Below are positions 12,067-25,612 of a stretch of DNA of 64,000 nucleotides, piece by piece. Below the pieces are notes generated by a model. The model was not told the DNA's origin, did not search any database, and saw only the letters and a program-made list of their open reading frames with translations. Source of the DNA: Haliotis rubra (taxonomy: Eukaryota); the NCBI RefSeq assembly GCF_003918875.1, contig NW_025767413.1, positions 2,294,001-2,358,000 of the forward strand, in the 5' to 3' direction. The stretch's first letter is position 1, and each line of letters opens with the position of its first letter. The position numbers were made by a program, and so were the translations under genes.

Positions 12067-13908
12067 TCTGGAATACTGGTCAAAGCGGCGTTAAAACCAA
12101 CTCACTCATAATATGTCAATAAGCCTATGCCAATGCAATTTCCATGAGGATACATCACAGACAGGAATGTTACATCATCGAACATTGTCCATTATCCTTT
12201 AAATTCAATTGTGTTTTTCATGCAAATGTGTCTAACTGGTCTTTTACCAATCGCACAAAAAGCACCAAAAGAATCCATTACCATATTCATTCAATAAACC
12301 TTCGTGTCGGCATCAGTCGACATCCATGTGTACAGGCCACACATTCACATTTACTTACACATATATGTCAAGCGGGATAGTGTATGTGCTCTTTAGCCCT
12401 TTGAACGACTAAACCAATTTGAAATTTGGTAGCAGTGACCTTTCGTGTCTGCGCGATGGCATCCAGACACTTGTAAATCACAATGATTTGACTGTCGTTT
12501 TACTTCTTATCATTCTGTGAGTATTAGTTGTATAGACTGAACGAAAGGTCCCGCGCTTATCAAAAAGTGACCTCGTTAAAAAAGTGCTGTGATGCTACTC
12601 CCTGCAGCGACGTCTTGTGATGCGGAGCTGCTGATGTCTATCTCAAAGGTTCTCTTCGAGTGCTAACTGGGGCACATGCTTAATAGGATGGTGACAGGTT
12701 GCCTATCGTTCTGTAAATCTGTCTGGAGCTACGAAGCGATAATTGACTGTCGAAAGACATTCGCTGGAGATACTTTCAACTTCACTGTTACAGCTTTTCT
12801 GATTTACTGGGAGATGGGTTTAGTTTTCAGTGGCGTGTCTTCAAACATAGGGGATTTAGTGTTTGTTTAAAAACATTTAATCCACACAATCGACACCAAC
12901 AATCGGAATCCATGATGGGTTAAGCGGATTAGGTGGGATATACAAACGATATTTAATGTCCTGTTTCTTACTCTTGTAATATAATGGAACCACTAGCAGC
13001 GCCAGCACATTGGTTTAGATTAGATGTCCACTGTTACACATTCATGTGTGATTAATCAGAATCTCACGGAATCCTTATCTGTAATGATGTGCTTTATCAC
13101 TGTGTCAAGCACATTTTATAGCTATATGTAATTTGAATGTGCTTGTCAAATGCCTTCGCGTCAGAACGTAACAGGTGTAATCATACACATGTCATATGTG
13201 CGCTGTAATAAATCTTAATATATCTTTATGGCTATTTAGAACTTTTAGAAACATGCCATCAGTTTTGACAGGTCATCATGACCTTCCTCATTTTATTCAC
13301 GTTAATTCTTGCTACTACTGGTCAGCCGTTAGAAGCAGAGACCATATTTAATAGATCTACTATATGGTTTCTGTGAGAAGCGATCGTGTAGAAGATGAAT
13401 ACTAGGTGCCGGCAAGTTTAACACAAGCTGGCCGTTTTCATAATGAAATTCTCAAGTCCTCTGAGACTCATCAACCTGAAGACATGTTTTAAAGGGTAAA
13501 CTACAAAAGCTGTCAATAAGCACTTTTCACTTTTCGTGAACTGTCACGGTTGAGAGATGGATTACGTCACACAGGAATGACGTCATGTTGTATTGCACTC
13601 TGGAGTCGAGTGAACACCTTCTCCATTATGGATAGCTAGATGGCCTGTACTTTGTAAGTTCAGCTCTCTACGTCCATGAATGAAGAAAACGGTAAAAGAA
13701 ACGGTTTTGGTATAGGTATTGTATTAAACAAGAACTAAAGAAAACAAAACCTTTCGGCGTTTACAGTTAGAAAACTTATTGTTTCTGTGTGAACGGACTT
13801 AATGTACCTCTATTGATTGCAGTAAAATACACCTGTATTACTCTCTTTCTTCAGTATTGTAGTCCGAACACAGGTGTGATTTCTTCCTGTAATCATGTCG
13901 GTGAAATA

Positions 13909-15206
13909 CAGTACAACCAGAAATTATTGAGAATTTAAAGATTGTAATTTTTATATTTTCTTTCACTCATTACTCACGTATAAAATGTGAATATTAGCAG
14001 AACATAACTCCAGATTCAAAGACAAGTGAACAGTTAGTATTTTGTCAAGTCACCATGGGCAGCAATGCAGGCTTTAATGTGGCGGGGCATACTACTGATC
14101 AAAGAAGTTAGAAAGTCGTGGTCCATGCTGTCCCAATATCGGACCACCTCTTCTTTCATTTCAGCAATATTTGTCAGATTTTTCTTATTGACACTTTCCT
14201 TCATAAGTCCCCAAACATTATCTATTGGATTTATGTCAGGGCTATAGCTTAGCCAATCTAATAATGACATATTTTGGGTCCGAAACCAGGCCTGTGAATG
14301 CTTTGAACGATGTTTTGGGTCGTTATCCTGCTAGAACATCCAAAAATTTCCATAGAACACGTGAGCAGATGGAAGTAAACGTCCCTCGAGAATATCTGTG
14401 TACCGCTCACTGTTCATAGTCCCTTCAAATCACAGAGGGTCGTTGCCCCTAACACAGATCTGCCACCCCACACGTTAAATTTCGTACTGTACTTTGGGCG
14501 CTGATACAAAGGTTTTTCAGTTTGTTTGGTCCAGAATTTCAGTGTATTAGGAAACAGCCACACAGAACTTTCATCTGAGAAAATCACATTGTCCCAGTTA
14601 AAATTTCCTTGCTGTAAGCAGCAGTTCAACCTTTGCTCCTTTTGTTCAGGTTTCATGATCGGTGATGGAGTCACTCGACTTTTCTGCCAACCCATTGCAT
14701 GCAGCTCAGTTCTAATTGTCTCCTTACAGACAGCCACAGTTCCTCTATCAATCATATCCAGCCTTAAGTTTTCTAAACTCCTTCGTTTGTTTTTAGAAAC
14801 AAGAATACCAAGCCGCCTCCTGTCACCGACAGTCAATTTTCTGGTTCTACCTGTGCCTCCCTGGTGCTCAATGCCATATCCATTTGCAATATTTTTCAAA
14901 ACACGATAAACAGTGGACAAAGGGATGCCTGTTCTACTTGAAATCACTTTAGCTGATCTGATGTCCTTGTTATAATACTCTAAAATCAACTTCCTCTTCT
15001 CTAAATCATCCATACTGAGGATCACTGAAAATGAAGTCTGCTAGCAAAAAAACAAAGGGGATAACTCTTCACAAACTAATGAAAAAGGATTAACGGAGTT
15101 GTCTTTCTTGAATGAAACCAAGCACTTGATAGCTGGTCAAGGTTGTTTATACTAGAAATCCAATTAAACATATTCCTAAAATTCTCAATAATTTCTGGTC
15201 ATACTA
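13909..15206 (-). mobile_element. Tc1-family DNA transposon, full length but decayed (~1.3 kb)
   Basis: TA-flanked TIRs cagtacaaccagaaattattgagaattt / aaattctcaataatttctggtcatacta enclosing a transposase pseudogene. Confidence 0.93.
14034..15025 (-). pseudogene. Tc1-like transposase pseudogene
   Basis: Paired-like HTH (IPLSTVYRVLK), GRTRKL linker, WDNVIFSDES, QDNDPKH, WLSYSPDINPIDNVW, LISSMPRHIKACIAAHG. Frameshift near 14415 and an in-frame TAG before QDNDPKH. Confidence 0.93.
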
Positions 15207-17621
15207 TATCTGCGTTTATACCTGACCTACATATACCATCAACTTATATCTACAATACTGCTACAATATGAAAGGTTTTATTCTTCCTGATATATCAATG
15301 AGTGCTTAAGCGTTTGAAATATATATGATTTCGTGGTGTTCTCATCAGGCCCAAGTGATGCATATTTTCAGTAAAGAATAATGATTGTATTGACATGTCA
15401 GCAATAATATAACATATGTTATATAATATAGGAAATTATTACCCACGCGGTACTTCGAAAAGGGGTTTCATAACAAAGTGTTATGACACAAATGTGTCAT
15501 AACACCTTCGAGTGATTTGATTTGCTAATACGTGAACTTTGACATTACCGGTACTACTTTCATCACTCATTCCAGTCATGATTTTCATTCAGAAGTTTTC
15601 ACACCTTCTGAGAGCATGTAAAACGAGAACACTTCTATGAAATTTAATGAAATTTATTTTTTAGTGTGCTTACAAGCATATGTTTTCAATCCTTTAATAA
15701 CTCAAGTTTCTGTCCATAAAAACTAAAATAAAACAATCTAAATAAGTAAACAAATACGTCTACTAGGTCTATCGTGAGTGTAAACAAATATGGCGTTGCC
15801 CGTGTGAAAGTTAATGATTTGGTCAAAACTGACGGACAACTGGTTGGAAGAGTTGTGAATATTATCAGGCCATTGAATACCGTCAGCGTGTATGTTGTCA
15901 GGACTGCACAGGGAGTTTCTAACACACACCATCAAAAGATAAGGTAAAGCTCGTGACAAAGCAAAGTTATTTCACTTGGGACATAAACTTGACATGAAAG
16001 GGGAAGCTCGTTTGATATCCTATAATTGTAAACTATTATTCTGCTGCTCTTCGGTATAATTGTCAGTGGTGGAGATTCCCCAACATCTCTCAACGTCTGT
16101 TGGAGATAACAGGCGACTTGTTGGATCGGGTGGTCAGACCAAGGGACTTAGCTGATTCATGTCAACATTTGGCGCGGATTACTGATCATACTATCAACCA
16201 CTGGGTTGTCTGGTCCTGTCATGCGCGCACCCTTGCTAACTAATCACAGAAGGGCTAGCCTAAAGGACATTGTACTCGTTACATACATGAAATACACAAA
16301 TAGGTGTCATTGTCTATAGTGTATTAATTTTCATGTTTTCCGTGATGCTATTGCACAAGGGCATCACCTTATCACTTTCAAACAATGTCATTGAAATAAG
16401 ATATTTAACTGTGCCACATTACCTCTCTTTCTGAAGGTGTGTATTGTGATTTTGATATACAGACAACAGCTGATTGTATTAACCAGTAGGCTACATGGGT
16501 GTGGAATGTACATATGTATTAAAACTGAAAGACCATAGGCAGGCAATGCCAAAGACAACTGTCTGGTGAAGAAAAAACCGCCGTAGTTTAATCTCTGAAA
16601 TGAACATATTTCACTGAAATAAAAACGGGTTTCTAAATTATATCAATAAAATACAATAAAAAGGGATTCAGAGAACCATGGTAATCTAAACGTGCCAAAT
16701 ATTCTACACTTGCATGGGGCTACATTTGGTATATTTGTGTCAGTGTCTGTATGACAGACTAACCCCACCGTATCATTTACATTATCCTACTTTTGAAACC
16801 GGTGTACCATCTAAACCTTCAGTGTTCGTCTACTCTTCAGCTAGGTCCACATGGTATTTGTTCGTTTCAGGGGTTAAGATATCTTTAGACTTATCAGTTA
16901 TTCTTTACCAAGGAGGGAGAACGATACAGAAATACAAGGACGTACCGAGTGATGGTAATGATGGCTGTTCGGCAGTGCAACATTACAATTAACAGGATAC
17001 GTCCATGAGGTATGTTATACAACCACCAAGAAAGGTGACAGGGGTGAGAAGTTAAAAGATTATCCTTTGCGATTACTTGAATAATAAAGGGACATATCCT
17101 CACGATTGATACAGTTTTCGTGTAAACAGCCTGACATGGTCCAAATCATTCTCCCATTAACCGAATTGTCCACATATCTTGAAACCTGATCCAGTTCTGC
17201 TAATGAAGCGGGTAGCCTTTAACGTATCTTTATCATGTCCTGATTGCAATATATCCGCATATATCAATTTGGACCCATCCCCAATGTTTTCTTACGTTGT
17301 CGTTCGCATGGTGTTTGTAAGGACGTGAATCCACGTGCACTCGCCTGAAAACATTACACTACGGTTCGGAAGTGTACCTCAACCTGTCTATCGCGAAGAA
17401 CCGAAATTACTGACACATGTCCAATTTTCAAAGATATGACGTTATATATTTGGCACAACAAACGGCAATTTACGACTAGTATTCATCCAGCCAAAATGAA
17501 TGGATATGTAGCCCAACAGCGTTCCTTAAGCTATGGCGTCAATACATTGCGATATCGTGACGTCATACCGCAATACATGTGTCCGTTTACTAAAACACTG
17601 GACACTAACCTATAGATCTTG

Positions 17622-18225
17622 TTATTAATTGTTTATATGTTTTAAAGATTAAATAAAAAATGCAGCAGAGGGCGTTTGAGTGGTCCTGACACAGCCAGGT
17701 TGGTAAGGCTCATCATCAGATCAGGGCCTGTGCCCCTCTACACGCAGCCCAGACAGCGAATGGGACTTCTCCCAGGAAGCGCTGCCAGGTCGAACTCACC
17801 AAGAACTCCGGAGAATATGGAGAATCCCCAACACTGCACCTTCTGCATTACCCAAAGTGTCATAAGGACACATATTTGCCATGTTTTTCTTGAATATTGT
17901 CAATCACATTGATGCCAAAAGTGGACAGAAAATTCAATGATGTAAATAATTCCTTTGATTTTATCAAAAAAGACAAGAATAGGCTTGTAGCATGGATATG
18001 TCTGAGGCTGTATACGGGTATGTTCCAAAGCATTTAGTAATTGCTATTTTCCATGACGCCTTTCGGATATTCTGGGTTGTACCATGGATGGACCTCAGAG
18101 GCAAATTCCTTGTCGTGGCGAATGGTCCGAGGATCGTTATGTCTGTTAAGGTACTATCGCTGTGCCAGTGATGGTCATCCACTCACAAGGTGCTGGAGAG
18201 TCTCATCAAGTTCATTAGACAATCT
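17622..18225 (-). mobile_element. 3' fragment of an RLE-type non-LTR retrotransposon (R4/Dong-like), decayed
   Basis: Minus-strand translation gives the zinc-knuckle remnant ETLQHLVSG*PSLAQR*YLNRHN, then LWNIPV and IIYIIEFSV; the 3' UTR is colinear with 58300-58520. Confidence 0.8.
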
Positions 18226-18930
18226 ACTCTTCATATTTACTCACAATCTACCTTTCACGCTTACTCACAATCTACTTTTCATATTTATATACACAATCTA
18301 CCTTTCATATTTACTCACAAATTACTTTTCATATTAACACACAATCTACATAATACTCACTCTACTTTTCATAGTTACTCACAATCTACTTTTCATATTT
18401 ACTCACAATTTACTTTTCATATTTACACACAATCTACATTTCATATTTACTCACGATCCATATTTACTCGCAATTTACTTTTCATATGTACACACAATCC
18501 ACATTTCTTATTTACTCCCAATCTACTTTTCATATTTACTCACAATTTACTTTTCATATTTACTCACAATTTACTTTTCATATTTACACACAATCTACTT
18601 TTCATATTTACAATCTACTTTTCATATTTACTTTTCTACACTCACAATCTATATTTATTCACAATCTACATATATTTACTCACAATTTACTTTTCATATT
18701 TATTTACAATTTACTTTTCATATTTACACACAATCTACTTTTCATATTTACTCACAATCTACTTTTCATATTAACTCACAATCTACATATATTTACTCCC
18801 AATCTACTTTTCATATTTACTCAACAATCTACTTTTCATGTTTACTCACAATTTACTTTTCATATTTACTCAAAATTTACTTTCATATTTGCTCACAATC
18901 TACTTTTCATATTTACTCAAAATCCACCTT
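18220..18930. repeat. Minisatellite, ~24-bp unit (tttactcacaatctacttttcata)
   Basis: About 30 imperfect tandem units. Confidence 0.95.
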
Positions 18931-19482
18931 TTTATTTAATTGTTTTATTATTATTAATGTTATTAAAAGGTATATTGAGCGTTTATTTATATTCTTACCA
19001 TTACTGATACTTTTGATACTCAGAACAGCCATTTCTCCATTTGCTTCTATAATAAGCGTTCATTTTGAGCGTTTGTAATAATAACAGTGTTTATCGCAGT
19101 AGAATGCACACCAATGCCTTTCCCTTTTAATGAAAAGTTCAGTTTTGAATTCCGGTCGCAGAGCGCCTAGTCTTGTGCTTCCTGATTACGAGGCTCAACT
19201 TTCTGGATCCGTCAGTTTCAACTTTCTGGATCCGCCAGTCTCAACTTTCCAGCTTATAAATCATCCTCTCCATGAATGCTGTGACGGTTAAATGCCTATC
19301 CCATATGTACAATAATGTAACTGACAGGTGGTATGACGTGACAATGATTTACGATTCTGTCTGGGCACAACAGGTGCCCCGGGGGCAGCTGCAGCACGAT
19401 CCTGTTTTTATTTAATAATTGTTCAAATACGACGTTAATAAAAGTTGTGTTTTAGTTGCTGTCCTGCTCTGTGTATATATTT

Positions 19483-19725
19483 ACCCGTGAAGGTCCGGGT
19501 TAGAATATTGATCTTCAGTAACCCGTGCTTGTCGTGAGAGGCGACTAACGGGATCGGGTGGCCAGGCTCGCTGACTTGGTTGACACATCGTATCCCAGTT
19601 GCGTAAATCGATGCTCATGCTGTTGATCACTGGATTTTCTGGTCCTGACTCTATTATTTACAGACCGCCGCCATATAGCTGGAATAATGCTGAGTGCGGC
19701 GTAAAACTAAATTCACTCACTCACT
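19483..19725 (+). mobile_element. Short retroposon family B, full length
   Basis: ACCCGTGAAG start, (cact)n tail, TSD ctctgtgtatatat. Confidence 0.93.
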
Positions 19726-22700
19726 CTGTGTATATATCTGCTACATTTTATAAGTGTGTATAGATGATTTTATCGCCCTTTACGTATGTACATGTGTTTC
19801 CGATGTGACTATGCTCGCCCATTGTTTGTCATTCTAAGATGACGAAAGGAATGTAGCATATTGTTAATTGCATAAAGGGTAATATGATTATAACGTCACG
19901 CTATATTCATTATATAGATAATGAGGAGAATTGTTTCTATAACCGACTGACTGTACGTTTACCTGACATGTCAATGATTCGACAGAATTAGTAACTATGC
20001 ATTCATGGGCTTATCATTCAATGTAGAATTGGACCATGGACCTTCCTATCTATATTTTTTCTTCCGGAATTCATGTATTTATGACAGGCGTGGACCATAT
20101 AATAATTACGACAGGTACTTGTATGTTCCCAGACGTCAGATGTGTTAACCTACTCTATTTAATGACATGCTATGAATATAGAAACCACGCCTTTTTAGAA
20201 TTTCACTTTAATCATTTTAATCGGCATCTGCAAGCTAGCGTGTTGTTCCACAGAACGATCTTTGAAATAAGGCGAGCTGAACTCCCAAAGCAGACTGACA
20301 TTTAGTACCAAGAATACGTTATCCTATTTAAACTGTTTAATATATACGTGGAAAGGTGTAAGGAACAGTTCTTAATTTCAATATATTCAGACTTACCCAA
20401 GCATTGTAGATTTGAGTTGGACCCCTTTTCAAAATTGTTTTATATGTTCTCAAGGGTCTGGGCGACAGACTAATCCCACACTATTATACTAGGACAACTG
20501 ATAACTGGAACCTGGTAGTAACTTTGATATTAGTATGCATAGATGTATAGATGATCAAACTTATATCCGTCGTGTTAGCTTCGAGGAAACTGAAGTGTAA
20601 ACATTCATCTCGTCATATGTACGTATTGGTATCCAACTGAAGATCTTCATCTATATCGGACATGCAGGCATGTAACAAGGATAGCCCTGTCCTGACTGCC
20701 ATTCCGCTTCTGGTTACTGTTCAGGAATAAAAGTAAACGGATGTTTTTGTGTCTGTCTTATCTTCCTCGTGGCCACACCTTTCGCTGGAACAATTCAAAC
20801 GATTTGGTACATGCAGGATGTGGAGAGACATGAATCCTCGGTATCAATAATATTATATAGATTTAGTGATTATACTTTGGACTGCATTTGGTAGGGTTAC
20901 ACAAAGGCCATGGTAGCCTTGCTCCAAGGCTGTACTGAATTCTGAGCCCATGGATGTATAGTAATTCTGTCCTTTAAAGAGGCAAATCTGGATAAGGGGA
21001 GAGTAAGGACGCCAGTCTGTTATTTATATATTGTTTAGAAATTTTCATTAAAACTATTAATGATTACCTTAGAGACTTGGGTGTCAGCGTCTTATAAGCC
21101 ACTTAAATAATGAATGACCAAGTTTAACTAGCATACACATTACGATGTATGCATTTTATGAAAAACACATCTAACATCAATACACACATATTATGCATTA
21201 ACAAAGTTCATCTATACATTCTCTATAACATGAACAAATTGCATTTTGTCCACATGTTAGTCACACCTCACAGACTCTAGTCAGCACTCGAAGACGACCC
21301 GGCTATCTGCAGAGCCCCTCGTGCGTAGTGAGACCGAGACCAAGCGAAGCTGAGGTTGAAACAGATGATGCTCTGTGATGCTCTAGGAGGACCCGGCACT
21401 TGAAAAACATTCCAGCAGATGTTTTATGCTAGTTTTGTGACCACTTTTTACAACGTCACCGTCATGGAAGAGAGCGTGTTATACTAGGTGCCACTGGACT
21501 GGTTTCATGTTAAAGCTTCATAATTGTGTTGAACGTTTCCAACTTTTGAATTTGAAACCAAATATAGGCGGGAGGACCAGATTTGACGATTAACACTCAA
21601 CAGCATTCTGTAACATTTAACCACCAGATACGAGGTCAACTACATTATGAATGACCAAATGAATATGAAATCCACCATTCCTTTTCAGAAGCAGACAAAA
21701 TTGCTAAATACTATCCATATATTAAGATAATACTCTGCAAAGGAATGATGAATTTCATATTCTGCATCACGTGCCCCATTGTTAAACAATAACAGTTTCA
21801 ACTGATTAGACTATTGTCTTGGATTTTCTATCAAAACAGACAAAGGTGTTGAACCTTCTTCGTGTATATATAGTGTCAGATCTACCATTGGAACAAAAAA
21901 CAGGTGTCCAGATAATACCTCTGCTTCTATTGTACAGAATTCACTAGTAGCATCTTTCCATAACATTACTACCGAAATAGTTATTTTGAGTTAGAGTTTT
22001 TCAGTTATATCACTATTGTTCTATTATCTCGTCGATACATTTTGAAATACTATTAAATGAGGTTTAACCAAATGCTTCTATAAAGGTCTTGCTATGTGGA
22101 TAAGTTAATGCTGGAAGTTGCATCGGTCATATAGTACAGCTCATTCTATGTACAACCTTACTATGCGATATCTCTTCTCCCGGTTCGGTATATCAACATG
22201 TCTCAAATAATATAGTTCTTTATGACTTGAACAGTTCGCCATGCATTGTCAGCATAAATTTCCAAACAAGTTTTGCAGAATATTCTTTTTGGTAAAGCAG
22301 TTTGGGAGCTACGTCTCCGTTTCCAGGGAAATGTCAACAAAACGAGTGACACTCCAGCGACAATCAGCTCCGGTTTCGCTTGATAAACACTTTTTACAGA
22401 ATTGTTTGAAATTCCAGAAACCCCTTCGCATGTTCCACTTCCAGCGTGAGATAAACACAACACAGCAAGCACAACTTGTATTTCGCTCATGTTACGCTAG
22501 CTGGAATACTTCATCAAAACGTAGCTGATCCTTGATATTTACATGGCTCTGCAAGAAATAGAAGTAAAAATGAGTTGGGACAGCTTCAACATCCATCAGT
22601 CCATTATTCTAAGATCGTTTCTTGATTTGTCGTAAGATAGGAGACTTGTTGTGAGAACATCCACAAGCATGATATTTTGTGAAAGTAAAAATGTCTTATT

Positions 22701-23120
22701 ATGAACCCATTGCCTTCTCATGCATTATAACATGTCTGTACATGGTATTGAAGTAGTTTTTCATGTCAGCTATGTAATTGGCAGCTGAAAGGTTATAGTG
22801 TTCCCAGTGATGCGGATAGATACATAACCTGTGCACCATATATTGTGTTTTATCAAGACGAGATCTAGCTGAATAAACGCTTGGTATTTTCTAGCACAAC
22901 GTCTTTAAAATACATCAATTATATCAAGTTTAAAGTGCACAAATAAACAATACAATGCTATTGATGCTGAGTATGTTAGTACTACACACGAGTGTTTCAG
23001 TTGAGGGTACCTTTCAGTATTTGATAATGACTTATCGTCTCTGTATGCTGAATCCTTCACTGATTACCTTGTAACATTCCAGTATCAATACCGACGTGAT
23101 TTCGTGATTATTGAATCCAT

Positions 23121-24100
23121 ACGTTGTAGCTCGTGATTTATTGTTTCTTGTTTTCATACTGTTGTAACGTTGTAGCACGTGATTTATTGTTTCTTGTATT
23201 CATACTGTTGTAACGTTGTAGCACGTGATTTATTGTTTCTTGTATTCATACTGTTGTAACGTTGTAGCACGTGATTTATTGTTTCTTGTATTCATACTGT
23301 TGTAACGTTGTAGCACGTGATTTATTGTTTCTTGTATTCATACTGTTGTAACGTTGTAGCACGTGATTTATTGTTTCTTGTATTCATACTGTTGTAACGT
23401 TGTAGCACGTGATTTATTGTTTCTTGTATTTCATACTGTTGTAACGTTGTAGCACGTGATTTATTGTTTCTTGTATTCATACTGTTGTAACGTTGTAGCA
23501 CGTGATTTATTGTTTCTTGTATTCATACTGTTGTAACGTTGTAGCACGTGATTTATTGTTTCGTTGTAGCACGTGATTTATTGTCTTGTATTCATACTGT
23601 TGTAACGTTGTAGCACGTGATTTATTGTTTCTTGTATTCATACTGTTGTAACGTTGTAGCACGTGATTTATTGTTTCTTGTAATTCATACTGTTGTAACG
23701 TTGTAGCACGTGATTTATTGTTTCTTGTATTCATACTCTTGTTGTAACGTTGTAGCACGTGATTTATTGTTTCTTGTATTCATACTGTTGTAACGTTGTA
23801 GCACGTGATTTATTGTTTCTTGTATTCATACTGTTGTAACGTTGTAGCACGTGATTTATTGTTTCTTGTATTCATACTGTTGTAACGTTGTAGCACGTGA
23901 TTTATTGTTTCTTGTATTCATACTGTTGTAACGTTGTAGCACGTGATTTATTGTTTCTTGTATTCATACTGTTGTAACGTTGATTTATTGTTTCTTGTAT
24001 TCACGTGATTTATTGTTTCTTGTATTCATACTGTTGTAACGTTGTAGCACGTGATTTATTGTTTCTTGTAATTCATACTGTTGTAATGTTGTAGGACGTA
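23121..24100. repeat. Minisatellite, 46-bp unit (acgttgtagcacgtgatttattgtttcttgtattcatactgttgta)
   Basis: About 21 near-identical tandem units with no spacers. Confidence 0.97.
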
Positions 24101-24224
24101 ATTTCTTGCATATCAATGTTGCGGAAACTTTACATGAGCATGATTTCGTAAATGTATGTTTGGTGTGTCACAGTAACAGTAAAGCATCTTGTTAACCTTG
24201 CATCCATGTTGGTGTAACGTTGCA

Positions 24225-24327
24225 GGGCCTAGATTTTCGAAGCTCTCTTAGCGCTAAGATAGCCGTAAGTTAATGTTTGGCACTTACGACTAATCTTAGC
24301 GCGAAGAGAGCTTCGAAAATCTAGGCC
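24225..24327. mobile_element. Palindromic MITE (GGCCTAGATTTTCGAAGCTCT...), CWG target, PIF/Harbinger-like
   Basis: Almost wholly self-complementary; flanks CAG/CTG; same family as 35789-35896. Confidence 0.85.
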
Positions 24328-25339
24328 CTGGGACGAGATTTCGTTTACCTTTTGTCCGTTTTGTAGTAGATGATTTGACTTAGACTGCAATATTCCACTT
24401 ACATTAGCTTGAACATAATCAGTTATTGATATGCAAAACTGTGATTAAAAGAACGAGCAGAGACCCACACCATAATGGTATTATGGGTTAAGAATCCTGC
24501 GAGGCCACATACAACCTCGGGAGCGCAGCATCGCTGTTATCATACACCGACGGAGTTTGTTTTCGAGTCCATATTTTGTTATGGCCGCCGTGACATTGCT
24601 GGATAATAAAATATACATGAACAGCATAAATGTACAAAATCTATCATCTACTGAATTGCAGGAAACAAGATGAACGGACACACAAAGAAAATCACTTTCA
24701 TGGCATGTTCATTGCTAAAACAGGTCGGTGTGGTATATAGTATATGGCAATCTATGGTTATAGCCATGTTATGACTGCCTGATGTGAGTATACAACGCAG
24801 TCAAACCATAACTGATAGGAGAATCAGCTGCAACCACCGACCTCTTTTTACTACGGTAATGAAACCCGACAGCAAAAAACCAAAGCGGTTTCCTTTTGAT
24901 AACACTGCGTTAAAACGCTGCCGTTCTGGGACAATGAGGTGAACAAACACTAGCAGGAAAACATGGTAGAATAATCTGAAAACATCGCTGAACCCTTAAA
25001 TCAGTAATTATTACGTTCATGTGGTCTACGAGTAATTACTGCAGGTCATTAAAACAAAGACCGTGACGATTTGTGAACAACGATGGTAGACGGTATGACT
25101 ACCAGGAGCGCATTGGCTGCTTAAAAATTAAACACACAGTTGGTTTACATAATACCAATTATATCTGCTCTTCACGCTATTTTCTATTGGCCCATAAACG
25201 CATGTGCTCTCTTTGTACCGGCAGATGCTTGACTCTAAACTCTGAAACTGTTCTTTCGGTTTAAAGTTTCGTTGCCAGAGGTTCCAGAATGTATATTTTC
25301 AAACTTTCCACATGGGTTCCTCTTGGTGTCAGCTTTCAT

Positions 25340-25612
25340 TGTGGTCGTGTTCTTGAAGGCTTGAGCTGGTGATTTCCTCCGCTTTACCAATATATGGTCG
25401 TGTTCTTGAAGGCTTGAAGTGGTGGTTCTGACCGCATTACCAATATATGATCGTGTCCTTGAAGGCTTGAGCTGGTGGTTTTGTTCCGCATTACCAATAT
25501 ATGGTCCTGTTCTTGAAGGCTTTAACTGGTGGTTCTGTCCGCATTACCAATATATGGTCGTGTTCATTACCAATATATGGTCGTATTCTTGAAGGCTTCA
25601 ACTGGCGGTTCT
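25340..25612. repeat. Diverged tandem repeat, ~53-bp unit (ttaccaatatatggtcgtgttcttgaaggcttga..ggtggttct..ccgca)
   Basis: About 5 units. Confidence 0.88.

Noticed and set aside
18190-19007. 194-aa and 173-aa ORFs
   Set aside because: Translations of the 24-bp minisatellite.
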